The notes: generated from the sequence alone by a model not told the origin. A stretch of 63,845 bases of DNA, filler included, from Lenisia limosa (GCA_001655205.1; 19 parts of 19 records of this genome joined end to end with filler, not necessarily neighbours in it); one strand, 5' to 3'. Shown: positions 50,663 through 63,124, counted from the whole stretch's first letter. Translations and numbers: made by a program.

Positions 50663-51750
50663 GTGAGTGTTGCTTCTTGGTGTTTTTCGTATTACGCCGT
50701 TTTATTGAGCTTCTGCCGCATCTTTACCATCCACCCGTTATCATTACCACTACCATCATCAGCATCGCCATCTCCATCACTATCAGCATCACCATCAAAC
50801 CATCGTTATTACCACCATCATCATTATTCTCACCATCACCATCATCATCTTCATCGAAGTTTCCTTCATCCCCCCCCCCCCNNNNNNNNNNNNNNNNNNN
50901 NNNNNNNNNNNNNNNNNNNNNNNNNTTAATTAATTAANNNNNNNNNNNNNNNNNNNNNNNNNNNNNNNNNNNNNNNNNNNNGTCCGTCAAGGAGCTGACA
51001 GGCCCCTTTTACTTGGTAAGAAAGAGGAGTCCAGACCTTAACCACCTGGTGACAGTTTTTCTACATGAACATGTTCACATACTTTATCAGTTAACTTCAT
51101 GAGCTATACCCTATATGCCTTGTCTTAACTGGTCTAGGGTGGCCAAATATATTAGGCAAATTAGCCGAAGTAGCTTGTTCCTCAACAAGGTAACCCAGGT
51201 TTTATTTTGTTGGTAGAAAGGGGCAGATTATACTATTTAGAAGACACCAGGGGGGGCATACAACAGACAAATGACAGAAGTAGCTTAACATGGTGGGGTC
51301 AGAATCAGATTTTGTCTTCTCAATATTTTGTGTGCAGTTCAACATTCTGCTTGTGGGCAGCGGAGTCGAGGGAAAATTGTCGCTCAGGAGAAAATTGTTT
51401 AATGAGTTCAGAATAAAAGTTTACGTCTGAGGGCTTAAATTCTGGGTTGCCAACCCGTGCCACTGATTCTGCCGATGCAGCCACACCAATTGAAGTTAAA
51501 TCTCCCCCCGTCCAGGTTCTATTGAGTCCCTAAAAAGACCACAGTGAACATCGTACTGTTTTCGAGCTTCAAGTTGACCTGGAAATAAAAAACCCTGACA
51601 AACCAAGAATCGAACCATCATTCGCCAGGATAGACTTACAACCAAAAACATTTTGGGGCTTCAAGTTCCATTTGCTTTCTAAAGTTAAGCTGTACCCTTT
51701 TTCACGTTGAATTGTTTGTTTTCCTTCTGTCCCAAGAGAATGAACTTTAC

Positions 51751-53317
51751 TTATCCAGTCAATCTGAGTTTGGCCTTCAGGAATTCTTCCAATTTGATGC
51801 GAAATCTAACCATAAATGATGGTTTACTTTTATACAAATCAGCCCAAGACAGAGTTGGAATATCAATTGATTCCCCAGAAATGTCTGCCAATTGTGATTT
51901 CGAAAACCTGTGTTCTATAACGAGCCAATTTAGAAGCTGTTTCTGGCTGTAACAATAAACAAAAACCCCGTTCACGTTGAAGTTGTCGTAAATTTGATAG
52001 CAGAGTGCCAATGGGATTTCTTGAGAATTAGCTGCCAATTTCTGAAAACTATTTCTGAAATACTGCGGGGTAATACAGATCCTGACTTTTGCGAGTAGTG
52101 TTATCATCAGTATAAACGTGAAATAAAAAACCATAGCAGGTACTCCATGCGAATAGCAGAAGAATATGAAGAGAAACGCAAAGATTGAAAACCGCTGATG
52201 TCCGCCAGATCGAAAAGTACTATTAAGAGGGGTTATTAGACACTCAAGGCAGGTTAGAAATCATCCCAGATGTCCTACCAGAAACAGAAACAAGGAAGAA
52301 TGCCCAAACGGGGTTTCACACAAGATCTCACAGAGCCTCACCCTAATTGGGAGCTTGGTCTTAACTAACTCTAAGTAATCGAATTAACATAAACAATAAC
52401 TCGTTTTTTTCATCATTTCTTCTAATTTAGACTGGTCCGTCTGGGTATTGAAAGGCTCTTTCGGGCAGTTTTCAAATTCAACAGCTAATGACCAAAACAA
52501 AAAACCATTTCCTCTTTTCACAACATTCTTCCAGTTGGATACAAATGTTGACTTGGGAAAATGTGTTGGTTCTCAGCAATGTCCAAACACTTTCACACCA
52601 GGTTACACTCAGGAAAACGCAAGTTACAATATTAAAAAGCAAACCCTCTGGAAATCCTTTTCAGTCATATCTGCCTCTTCATTTGGTTCAGTAATAGGCT
52701 AATAATATGAGTATCCATCATCATAACAGAAAAGAGTGAGGGAAATAATACACCAGCCCACCTTCAACAACCAGCTTGAAGTAGGAACTGAAGCCCTGGC
52801 TACGAGGAAGTATTTTGCACTCCTTTCGAACTTTCGAAAATGAAGACCCTTTTGTCTCCGAAAAGGCTTTAGCGTTATCCTCACTAAAAAGGAAAATGCC
52901 ATATTCACACGAGATATTCTAAAATGATGAAATTAAAGTTGCGTCGTCATTCGGCAGGTCAATACACACGATTCTAGCCAAATTGACCGTGGAATCGACT
53001 CTATTGTCGGAAATCGCCTACCAAAGAAAATATCAACAAAACAATTGATTTGGCGTTCAGCGTCGTAGTTCTGAACAAAATAAGCTACAGTTAGAGCAAA
53101 ATGCCCCTTGAATTTGGTTAACAATATGAATTTACTCAAAAAACAAAAGGGTGTCATGATTTTCACATCAACTCCACATTGCATCAACTACTAAAATCCA
53201 CCCTACAGTTAAGTGGGTCACTTGGCCGTTGAAAATGTTCTCGAACTTGAACGGAGAAAGGTTTCCGAAGGGTTTAGAGACTCGCCCCAGCAAATTTCGG
53301 GTGGCAAAGAGGTCCAT
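51751..53317 (-). CDS. Possible AT-rich gene of unknown function
   Basis: Chain MDLFATRNLLGRVSKPF...|NYDAERQINCFVDIFFGRRFPTIESIPR|ISRVNMAFSFLVR... plus a 127-aa open frame with a LADISG motif seen twice in the region. Could not be resolved into one clean model. Confidence 0.3.
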
Positions 53318-54374
53318 GAATCTAATCTAGTGAAGAGAACACTCTGAAAATAGAGAAAGTGTCGGAGAGAGGTGGGATGCTCGTGGGATGGGTATGAACT
53401 CGGAATTCCTCCAATAAAAAACAGAGAGCCTTACATTATGAGCAGTATGGTAGACAGGGACACCAGGAAGGGCAGATGTGATGAGCCTCTCAAATAAAAT
53501 CATAAGCAATACTACCTCCCTTCTTCTTTCCTTTCTTCTATTCAATTCTAAACAAAAATANNNNNNNNNNNNNNNNNNNNNNNNNNNNNNNNNNNNNNNN
53601 NNNNNNNNNNNNNNNNNNNNNNNNNNNNNNNNNNNNNNNNNNNNNNNNNATGGTCATATATAAACCTTAATATTCGTGTTTACCAAGAAGTTTGGTGTTT
53701 GAGACATTCAAAATGACCGCTTTCACCAGCAATTTCCCAATAAATATCTTAATGTTCCAATGGCGAAGCCGAGGAGTTTGTTCAGAGCGCCGCCTGGGTT
53801 GGCGAAGCCGAGGAGTTTGTTCAGAGTGGCGAAGCTGCAGGGGTGGTCAAGGGGGGGATGCGGCGACGGGAGATGAATGAAATTTTCGAATTTTGATAGC
53901 TTATTTTCAGAGTTTATGGTAATAATGAAGAATTTTTTCCGTGTCACTTTTTAATATGTTATATAATGATTAAAAGTGGTGTTGTTTCTTGGCGTCAAGT
54001 TTTGGAACCCAAAAAGTGACTTAGAATTGATGAATTACGTAGATTATGTTTGGAATTTGTTTATTTGATATTATAGGGAGAAGAGCGCTGAAGGCAAGAT
54101 TTGACACTGTTTTCCCCTGTGTTTCTGACAGTGTATGCTTCTCTCGGCCTTATCTATCAATATATATATCATATAGCTAGTAATATATCATATGATATGA
54201 TATACAGAGCAGCATATGATATATATTGGGTGAAAGTTTCTTTCTCGTTTCAGAGCCTATTGAAACCATTTTTAAAATTAAAAACAGCATATGGAGCTGA
54301 TATACCTCGTTTTATGATTTTTTTTACTTTAACTACAATTTTCTGATCAATTCGTTGAGGTCAGGAGATTGAGA

Positions 54375-55010
54375 AGGCCACTCCAGAACAGAGTAGTTAG
54401 TCTTTTCACAGTAAGATTTAATTGTCTAAAAGACGAGTCAAAAAAAACACGAGCAGTGACGTACCTTGGCAGTGTGAATAGGAGCATTATCTTGTCGGAA
54501 AATTGCTTGATTCAAGGGTAGCCCAGTGCAGGAATTCATCGACTTGCGGACCAATGGTATGAGAATCTTCCTTTTATAATCTTCTGCATTGCATCTGTCA
54601 TTTTGTATAATTTCCCAACTCCTTTCTGACCAATAGAGCCAAACCATGACAGAACCACCACCATGCTTAAAAGTAGGAACAATATGCTCCATCTTCAAAG
54701 CTTGACCATCACCTCTTTTTCAGACCACTAACCGAGCTTTGTTTGCACGAAACAACTCAAACTTCGATTTATCGGACCAATAAATTTTTTGCCAGTCAGC
54801 ACCAATGACGTCTTACTTGACACCATTCAAGACAATGAACAAACAATACCCCTTTTTTCTCAGTCTTAATTACATCAACGCTCACATTTACTCCTTTGAG
54901 GCGGAAAAGCCGACCCTGGTATCGTTTAATTGGTGTCATCGGCTTCTTCAGGACTTCATGACAATGACAGAGTCTACCAATGGTTGATTTGGGACGTCCA
55001 GGAATATTCT
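54375..55010 (-). pseudogene. Decayed Tc1/mariner transposase (copy 2) with a 39-nt intron
   Basis: WQKIYWSDKSKFELF...HIVPTFKHGGGSVMVW...RQDNAPIHTAK|intron 54464-54426|TIKSYCEKTNYSVLEWPSQSPDLN; contains stops and frameshifts. Confidence 0.9.
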
Positions 55011-55662
55011 TATTAAGGAGGGCATCACCATTTTTACTTTTTAATCGAGTTACTTATGGTTGAAATTTTATGAGTAACTTTTCATTATTGGTTTGCCTTA
55101 CAACTCTGTGAACACAGCATACAATATGTGCCAACATGTTATCACCTGTAACCTCCGTTCCGTTGCTAATCCTCGAATTAGTGACCTCCGACTGTTTTTG
55201 GGAAATATATACATGTATGTAGGTTGGTGTTTAAAACCGCGAACATGATTAAAACCGCGAACACATAAAACTGCAGAATAAAAATGGGGCCAAATGAATG
55301 AGCTTCTTTGAAATTCTAATTTTTCTATTAAATAACATTTACTCACACCCTTCTCTCCAGGTCTTTATACCTGTGAATAAACTGCATTTTTATGTAATAA
55401 TTCAATAAAATACAAATGCTCCCACCCCAGTTATCTAAGTGGCCAAAATATAAATCGAAATGTATTATTGTTCAGTATTTACCAAGTTTTCAACAATTCC
55501 TATGTGTAGTGTTTTATTATTATTAGTATTCACTTATCTTTAGATGCTGGATTGTGATGAGCTTCCTCATCAAAATATCTATATTGTAATAAACCGTCTA
55601 CTTCAATTACAAGGACAACCTACTGAGTTTGGAGAGTACTTCACAACCGACTGCTTATTTAC

Positions 55663-56283
55663 TCAGCGCTTCAGGATGGCATCTTTGTCAAATTGTGATT
55701 TGGGGCATAGAGAAGCAGTTGCGTCAGGTGGAGGCTTTGTATCCTTGGTTTTTTGAAAAACCTTATCGAGATTGGTCTTTCGACGTTTGATATTGGCAAT
55801 ATCAAGAGGAGACGCATTGTATGTGTGGTAAATTCCATTTGGCATTGACCTGGCCTTTGCCATGGCAGCGTGGATTTTTGTTCGTTCTTCAACTAAAGTG
55901 AAGGCAGAAACTCGCAAAATATCAGGACAAAACTTGCTGTGATCCTCAGGAACCGACCAAGTAACCACATTCTTTCTCCTTGGATTGAACATATTAGCTC
56001 TNNNNNNNNNNTATGTTTTGGAACATTTCTTGTCCGAGGTGATAACATAATTTCGGTGGCTGTACATGATCAGGGTTGCGAACGGGCGTCAGCATCGTAA
56101 TGGAAGAGGTGGCTTCGGCGCCGGCGGGGAAGAAACGATGTTGGTGATAATACGAGGATCGCCAAAACCAGGGGGGAGGTCATCATCATCTTCATCGTCA
56201 TCTTCATTGGAATCTGACTGGTCATCGCTACTTGGTTCTTCTTGACAAATGTGGTGACGGTAGCAGCCGAAGAGGACAGTCAG
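55663..56283 (-). pseudogene. Frameshifted ORF remnant (acidic tract plus ~135-aa open frame), possibly TE-derived
   Basis: EEPSSDDQSDSNEDDDEDDDD, a frameshift and a stop, then MYSHRNYVITSDKKC...TKIHAAMAKARSMPNGIYHTY; lies between two Tc1 elements. Confidence 0.3.
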
Positions 56284-56383
56284 GTAACACCAAATTTTAG
56301 AGACACTATAAAGAGATAAATATTTGATATATTATGTATACGACAAGACGTTGTGCCAAAATTCAAATATCAAAAACAACATA

Positions 56384-58198
56384 CAGTGCCCGACATAAAC
56401 ATTGGCAAAAAGATTTTTTTGATAATTTTTCGCAATTTTCACTGTTTTTAGTCAAAAAGTAACCATTTTGTACAAAAAGTGTTTAATTTTAGTTTAAAAA
56501 CATATCAATCAAATATATAACATATATATATGGTAACACCTGGAGAATTACAAAAATCATATATTTTGAAAATACCTAAATTGGACATGTCAAAACCATC
56601 AAAAACATCAATATTTAGTCGGTCCGCCATTAGTGTCAATAACTTCTTGGCAACGTCTTCTCATGGACGAAATAAGGTTCTGACTCTCAGCGGCGGTGAT
56701 TTGGGACCATGCCGCTTGCAGTTTCTCCATCATGCCGGCCTCAGATGTTGGTTTGACACCAGATGCACGAAGTTTGGCGTCCAAAAGCTGCCAGGCATGT
56801 GTGGGGTTGAGGTCAGGGCTTTGGGCAGGCCATTCCATCAAGGTGTAGGCAGCTTCATCAAAATACTTCTTACACACCTGACAAGGTTATACAATAGTTT
56901 CAAACAGAAAATAACACAATTAACACCCAATACTCACCACCTTTGCGGTGTGTGTTTGGGGTCGTTATCTTGTTGAAAAATAGCACGCTTCAGTTGGATA
57001 TGAGAGGTATACATCTGAAATAATTACATATTTTCTTTAAATTTTGTGATAATGTCAGAATGATTTTGTCAAGTCATATTAAGAGAATCCAGATAGGCTT
57101 TTCAAAAAGTACAGGATTACTCAAATCAACTTCGTATTGATGCAATACTGGTGCTTATCTCAAATGAATCCTTGACTTGACGATGTAACATACGACGGAG
57201 ATACACTTCTTTATTCATAATGCCCTTAATCTGGTACAACTTGCCAACGCCTCCTTTGCCGATTGCACCCCAGACGAGAACACGTCCACCTCCATGCTTG
57301 ACAGTTGGGATGATGTGATTGATATCCCAGGCAGTACCCTTCTTTCTCCGCACGCGGGTATTTCCATCTGGCTTGAAAAGTTGGAACTTGGACTCATCAG
57401 TCCACATGACTCTGTACCACTGAGCATTGGTCCAGTTCACTCTTTCACGAGACCACTAAAGACGGTGTAGACGGTTCTTTTGGGAGATCCATGGCTTCTT
57501 ACGAGCTTTGAAACAGTAGAAGTCAGCATTGTTGAGTCGGCGCCGCATAAGCATCTCAGTGACGAAAATCCCTTCAGCTTCAAGCTCCTTCTGATGTTGA
57601 GTGACAGGCTAAAGGGGTTCGGAGGCTACCTTCTCGACAATTCGCTCATCTTGTTCTTCAGTAGTGCTGCGACGACGTCCAGATGGCTTAGATGACAACA
57701 TGGTATTACCACTTCGAAATTGTTTAACCCAACGATAGACATTTCGTTGTGAAACTTCATGGACAGAAAATTCTTGATAATTCTCCAAATTTTGGCAGGA
57801 TTCAAGCCATCTCGGCATAAACCGGAAACTTCCCCCTTAACAATATGGTGACTAACTGATGACTATTTCCCCATATTTGAGTGAAAATGTAAAATATGGA
57901 ATAAAATCAAAACAGAAAACTTTTATACTCAGGATGATGAAGATATTCATGTTAATATTTTGGAAAATATTAAATATTTCAAAAAGTGCAGTTAGAATTT
58001 CACAAAAAAATGGTCCAAAAAAGTGCAAAATAAAAATTTGCGAAAGGTCACCCTATTAATTTTGTATTTTCTGATTTTTCAAAAAAATATAAAATCAAAC
58101 ACTTTTTTGTACAAAATGGTTACTTTTTGACTAAAAACGGTGGAAATTGCAAAAAGTTATCAAAAAAATCTTTTTGCCAATGTTTATGTCGGGCACTG
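56384..58198 (-). mobile_element. Full-length but inactivated Tc1-family DNA transposon, 1815 bp
   Basis: TA|CAGTGCCCGACATAAACATTGGCAAAAAGA ... TCTTTTTGCCAATGTTTATGTCGGGCACTG|TA, TIRs about 115 bp. Transposase has an HTH (YRWVKQF...SGRRRST), WTDESKF, PTVKHGGG, FQQDNDPKH, WPAQSPDLNP, with frameshifts and loss of the IEN catalytic Glu. Confidence 0.95.
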
Positions 58199-58289
58199 TA
58201 TAGACTAGTATTTTTATCATATCGTATGATATATGCCATATATATAGTATAATAGTATGTAATATTGTTATCTCATATCACCTTTCAGA

Positions 58290-58400
58290 TGAAACAATTG
58301 AGTTTTCTCAAGATATTGCCCGTCGACTCCTGATACCCTTGAAGGTCATGGAATCCGCCTCCGAGAGTAGGCGAGAAACAGATCGCTCTTCATCTATGAC
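58290..58400 (+). CDS. Candidate exon of a host gene next to the Tc1 insertion
   Basis: TTCAG acceptor then open frame ETIEFSQDIARRLLIPLKVMESASESRRETDRSSSM up to the contig end. Confidence 0.3.
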
Positions 58401-58626
58401 NNNNNNNNNNNNNNNNNNNNNNNNNNNNNNNNNNNNNNNNNNNNTTAATTAATTAANNNNNNNNNNNNNNNNNNNNNNNNNNNNNNNNNNNNNNNNNNNN
58501 TGGTATATAAGGTTGTATCTGGCCGACGCCGTCCCCACCATCACGCTTATAAGAGATTTTGGATAATAGTATCATATCAATCACCCAATCATTTGTCATA
58601 CATAATTCTATACACCCCCTCCTCAC

Positions 58627-59274
58627 GCCCAAGTCGGACTCATTGAGGACTCTGTCGGCAAACTGCGTGTTGAGGTTCTGAACTCTAAGCGGCCATTTTC
58701 CCTGGTCTCGCGGGTAGCTGTAGCAACTCTATAATGATGATGATTTTAATAACTCTATAACGATATAACTCTATAATGACCATGATTCAGCCTGTTTTCC
58801 TCAAAATTTCAGGGGGAAACAGGGTAGTTATAATGATGAGGATTGTAACAATTATGAACAAGGTTAAAAATGAAAAAATTTAAGTGGGGAAATAGGGTAG
58901 CTATGATCAGGGTTCAAAATGAAAGGTTAATCAATCTTCTAAAGTTGCAAGAATTACCTTCCATATTCATGCAATCTCCTTAATCTAATATCGCTTATTA
59001 AATCCTAAACCGCAGAGTTGCTACGTACAACTGTAAAGAATAAAAATTCAAATAGATAAGAATATTTCGCTTTTAAGATGAATAAGGGAGGGTAACTCTG
59101 TGAATATTTGAGGATATATATCATAAATGCTACATTCAAGAACAGTTACACTGATCTGATCCTTCCCACCATCCAGTCCGAAGGCTCGCGATTGACCCTT
59201 ACAAACAGTGCCCATCCCATTGGAACAGCAGTATCCACGGGAAAGTCCTCATCCTCGTCTGCACTGCGCCCCAT
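58627..59274 (-). CDS. 5' exons of an unknown gene (59274-59203, 58701-58627)
   Basis: MGRSADEDEDFPVDTAVPMGWALF|GKWPLRVQNLNTQFADRVLNESDLG, phase-0 join with GTAAGG and GTGAGG donors. Confidence 0.5.
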
Positions 59275-59462
59275 AATAGGAGCTAACTTGAGCTATTAAT
59301 TGCCCGTTATGCTATCCTTGTTATGTTTTATTTATTTTTAATAGATATAACGTGCAGTAAACATGTAACAGAAGGGAGAAGAGGAAGGAAAAACACACAG
59401 TTGCATTTATTACACTGTAACTTTAAAAACTGCAAACAATAATTTGCTAATATCATTTCATA

Positions 59463-60368
59463 ATGGCTTGGGAGAAGAAGATTATTGAAGCCTCAAACGG
59501 AGCACCTGTTGCTAAGGGCAGAAACTGCACTGTTCACTGGTTGGTTCACAATGCAAGACACATAACACGATTGTTTCCTGTTTTGTGATCTAAATGATGA
59601 AATTATTAAATAATATGACGGTTAATCAACATTCCTGTAAGAACTCTTATCATTTTCACCATCCACCCAGGACACTCTCCTTCCTTCTCTGTCTTTTTAT
59701 GCAAGATAAGTGAAAAAAAAAACGTCTTTCACAGCAGTGTTCTTCTTCTGTTATGACATATCTAGCAAGGGTCNNNNNNNNNNNNNNNNNNNNNNNNNNN
59801 NNNNNNNNNNNNNNNNNNNNNNNNNNNNNNNNNNNNNNNNNNNNNNNNNNNNNNNNNNNNNNNNNNNNNNNNNNNNNNNNNNNNNNNNNNNNNNNNNNNN
59901 NNNNNNNNNNNNNNNNNNNNNNNNNNNNNNNTTTTTTTTTTCATATATTTTTCAATTTTACTCCCCTAATGGTGGAGAGAGATAGTATCTGGCTAAAGCC
60001 AGCATCACTCATACCAATCATTTGGCTTATAAGTGCACATAGCTTTCTGTGTGTTTCCCCAGCATACTAACTCCTCCCTTGCTAACAATGGTGTAGTTCT
60101 GGTCTACTCTTGACAAGAATGAGCCCTTCACTTTCCAATGCGGTGTCGGCGCCGTCATCCGCGTAGGGGAGGGGGGTATTGTAATTTATCTCTATAGAGC
60201 GTTTAGTTAATTCAAGGAAAATAGATAAAAAAAAAAGGGGGGGGGGCGAGGTTGCAATAATTTTTTTGTTTGTTTTTTTCACTCTTACCTTTTTTTAGGG
60301 ATGGGACGAAGGTGTCCTGACTATGAAGATCGGCGAGAAGGCTGAGATCATCATGACTGCTGACTACG
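59463..60368 (+). CDS. FKBP12: FKBP12-type peptidyl-prolyl cis-trans isomerase, partial (59463-59539, 60097-60162, 60299-60368; one small exon probably in the N gap)
   Basis: MAWEKKIIEASNGAPVAKGRNCTVHC ... FWSTLDKNEPFTFQCGVGAVIR|GWDEGVLTMKIGEKAEIIMTADY; contains the VIxGWDEG hallmark. Confidence 0.92.
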
Positions 60369-61812
60369 GTTCGCGGTTAACCCTTTCCTCCCCATTGCCC
60401 CTCCTTCGCTTCTTTTTTTCGTACCTCTTCTCTTCTTTTCTTCTCTTCTTTTATTCTTTTCTTCTTTTATTCTACTTTACCCCTCTATTATTCACGTGTC
60501 ATCTATTAGGAATTTTGGGCTTTTTTGTGTTCATCCAATTTATATTCTTCATCGAAATTCCTTCCCTACTCCCCTCCCACGTGTTTCTTAAATAGATAAT
60601 CCTCACCTCCTCGCTCTAATAGTTCGATCAGAGCGACACGGTATGATTTTTTTGAGAAGAAAAAATGAAGCCAAAAATAAAANNNNNNNNNNNNNNNNNN
60701 NNNNNNNNNNNNNNNNNNNNNNNNNNTTAATTAATTAANNNNNNNNNNNNNNNNNNNNNNNNNNNNNNNNNNNNNNNNNNNNCTGGGGAGGGCCTTGGCC
60801 GGGGGGCCCGGGGCGATTCGGGCCTAGTGAGTGATTGCAGAAAGTTGGGCACAGAGCACCGAAGTACTTTGAAGGGAAGAAGAGGGTAGTACTGTACTAG
60901 AGAGGAAGAGAGAGAGGGGGGAGGGGTGTAGTGCTTTGAAGGGAAGAAGGTGAAGGGAGGAAGACAGAAATATGCGTATTGGAGAAAGAAGATTGTATTG
61001 GGAAAGAAGAGGTAATTGTCAAAAAACAAGGATGCGTATTGGAGGAAGAAGAAAGAAAATTGTATTTTGGAGACAACACAGAAGGTTCAGCATCGTCATA
61101 TCACTAGAGGATATGGGTCAATATTTTATGGAGGTCGAGTATTGCTAGAGTGGTGTATCGTACAGGGGAAGAGAGGAGAATAAAATAAAGATGGAAGTTG
61201 AATTAGGAGGGGGTGGGATGAGTATTGCTGATGGGAGAAAGAGTAATATATTCTTCAGGAGGGAAAAAGAGAGTGGGCATTTGGGAGGAATAAAGGGGAT
61301 TGGGCAGGGGAGAAAGAGGAAAGAGGTATGCGACAAGACTATTGTTCCATCTTGAAGAAAAACAATGGAGGAGGAATATCTTAGTATTGGCCTTATGTCT
61401 ACTTCTTTCAAACATTCCAAATGGACATTGTCCCCCAAGTACACCTCCATTGTATAAGCGGTTGGTTGTTGCGAAAAGAGTAGAAAGAGGAATGTGTTGT
61501 ATTTATATTTCTGTGTTACCCACATTAACACTCTCCAGTCCACCCATACATTCCGAAAAGCATGAAGACTTTCCTTGAAGCAAAGTAAAAGTTGTTGACA
61601 AGAAATATTGAGAAAAAATATGAGGAGGGGGTTGTTCAGAGCCATCACAAATCAAATATCTCCCAAACAACAATTACTGCTCACCTTGCTGGCCTTGAGG
61701 GGGACCAGGTCTATTTAAGGGGGGTCCCTGGGATGGGCCTTGGCCGGGGGGTCCGGGGCGGTTCGGGCCTAATGTGTGAATAACATGCAAAGCCCCGACT
61801 GAAATAGATAAG

Positions 61813-62558
61813 CTAATTGTTCAGACCTTGGTTCATGTTGGGACCATTTTGGTTCATGGGAGGGTTCATAGGGCCAGGTCCTTGATTCATAGGAGGTCCG
61901 TTCTGGTTCATATTTTGGTTCATAGGAGGATTTTGATTCATTGGAGGCCCATTTTGGTTCATATTCTGATTCATGGGAGGCCCATTTTGGTTCATATTCT
62001 GATTCATGGGAGGCCCATTTTGGTTCATATTTTGATTCATAGGAGGTCCATTTTGGTTCATATTTTGGTTCATAGGAGGATTTTGGTTCATGGGAGGATT
62101 TTGATTCATGGGAGGATTTTGATTCATATTTTGATTCATGGGAGGATTTTGATTCATGGGAGGATTTTGGTTCATGGGAGGATTTTGATTCATGGGAGGA
62201 TTTTGGTTCATGGGAGGATTTTGGTTCATGTTTTGATTCATGGGAGGTCCATTTTGGTTCATTTGATTGGCGTTCATGTTGTTGGGTCCCTGGCTCATGT
62301 TTTGATTCATGGGGCCATTGTTTTGGTTCATCTGGTTTGGCATGGGGGGGTTTGGAGGCATCATGTTCTCTTGCTGCTGGATTTGGGCAGTTCTCGGGTT
62401 GTATGTGTCAGATGAAGAGCTTTGCCAGATTTTGGTAGTGGGGGCAGGGGCAGAGGGCGGCATGTTAGCGGGAAGAGTCTGTGCGGCAGCGGCAACAGGG
62501 AGGCTGGCTGTGGGTTCTGGGACAAAGTGGTTGAGGCCCGCCGTGACTTCATCAATTT
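61813..62558 (-). CDS. Terminal exon encoding an N/Q/M/P-rich repetitive, prion-like domain
   Basis: CAG acceptor at 62560-62559, about 248 open codons to TAA, tandem MNQN(G)PP / MNQN units, almost no charged residues. Confidence 0.8.
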
Positions 62559-63124
62559 CTGGCAGGTGAGAAAAAATAAAATCAATTCCTGGGGTGTAAA
62601 ACTGGAAAAAAATATGAAACAAATAACAAAAAAAAGTTCAGAAATAGCGCTATGCAGAGGGGGTGGGGAGATACAATGTTACCTTTTATCTGGGAAGCGG
62701 GGAGNNNNNNNNNNNNNNNNNNNNNNNNNNNNNNNNNNNNNNNNNNNNTTAATTAATTAANNNNNNNNNNNNNNNNNNNNNNNNNNNNNNNNNNNNNNNN
62801 NNNNTTGGTGAGAAAAGGCCAACTTTTGGACTTCAAATCGCGAGCCTAGCTTTGAAAAGACAGGTTGTCAGCCCCAGATTCCCTATGGGGGTGCATTATT
62901 AAACTCATGACAACATGCAACTTTTCAAACAGATCCCACCCAGGATATATTATCGATATATAATACATGTATAACTCCCAAGGACGGCATGGTGGTATAC
63001 CGGAACGGTTAGTTCCGACTTCCTTGTACAGACCCAAAAACTGCGATCTCTGGGATCTAAAGCCTTGTCAGCCACCCCCGTCGCAAGAGGCAAGGTGAGG
63101 GGGGGGGGATATAAAGGATATGGG

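Noticed and set aside
56161-56283. Hydrophobic + strand frame with an internal TGA, suggesting TGA=Trp or Sec recoding
   Set aside because: It is the reverse complement of an Asp/Glu tract; well-conserved genes (RtcB, FKBP12, RhoGEF) use TGG for Trp and show no in-frame stops.
61828-62415. 195-aa (HGRILI)n ORF on the + strand
   Set aside because: Antisense shadow of the N/Q/M/P repeat exon.
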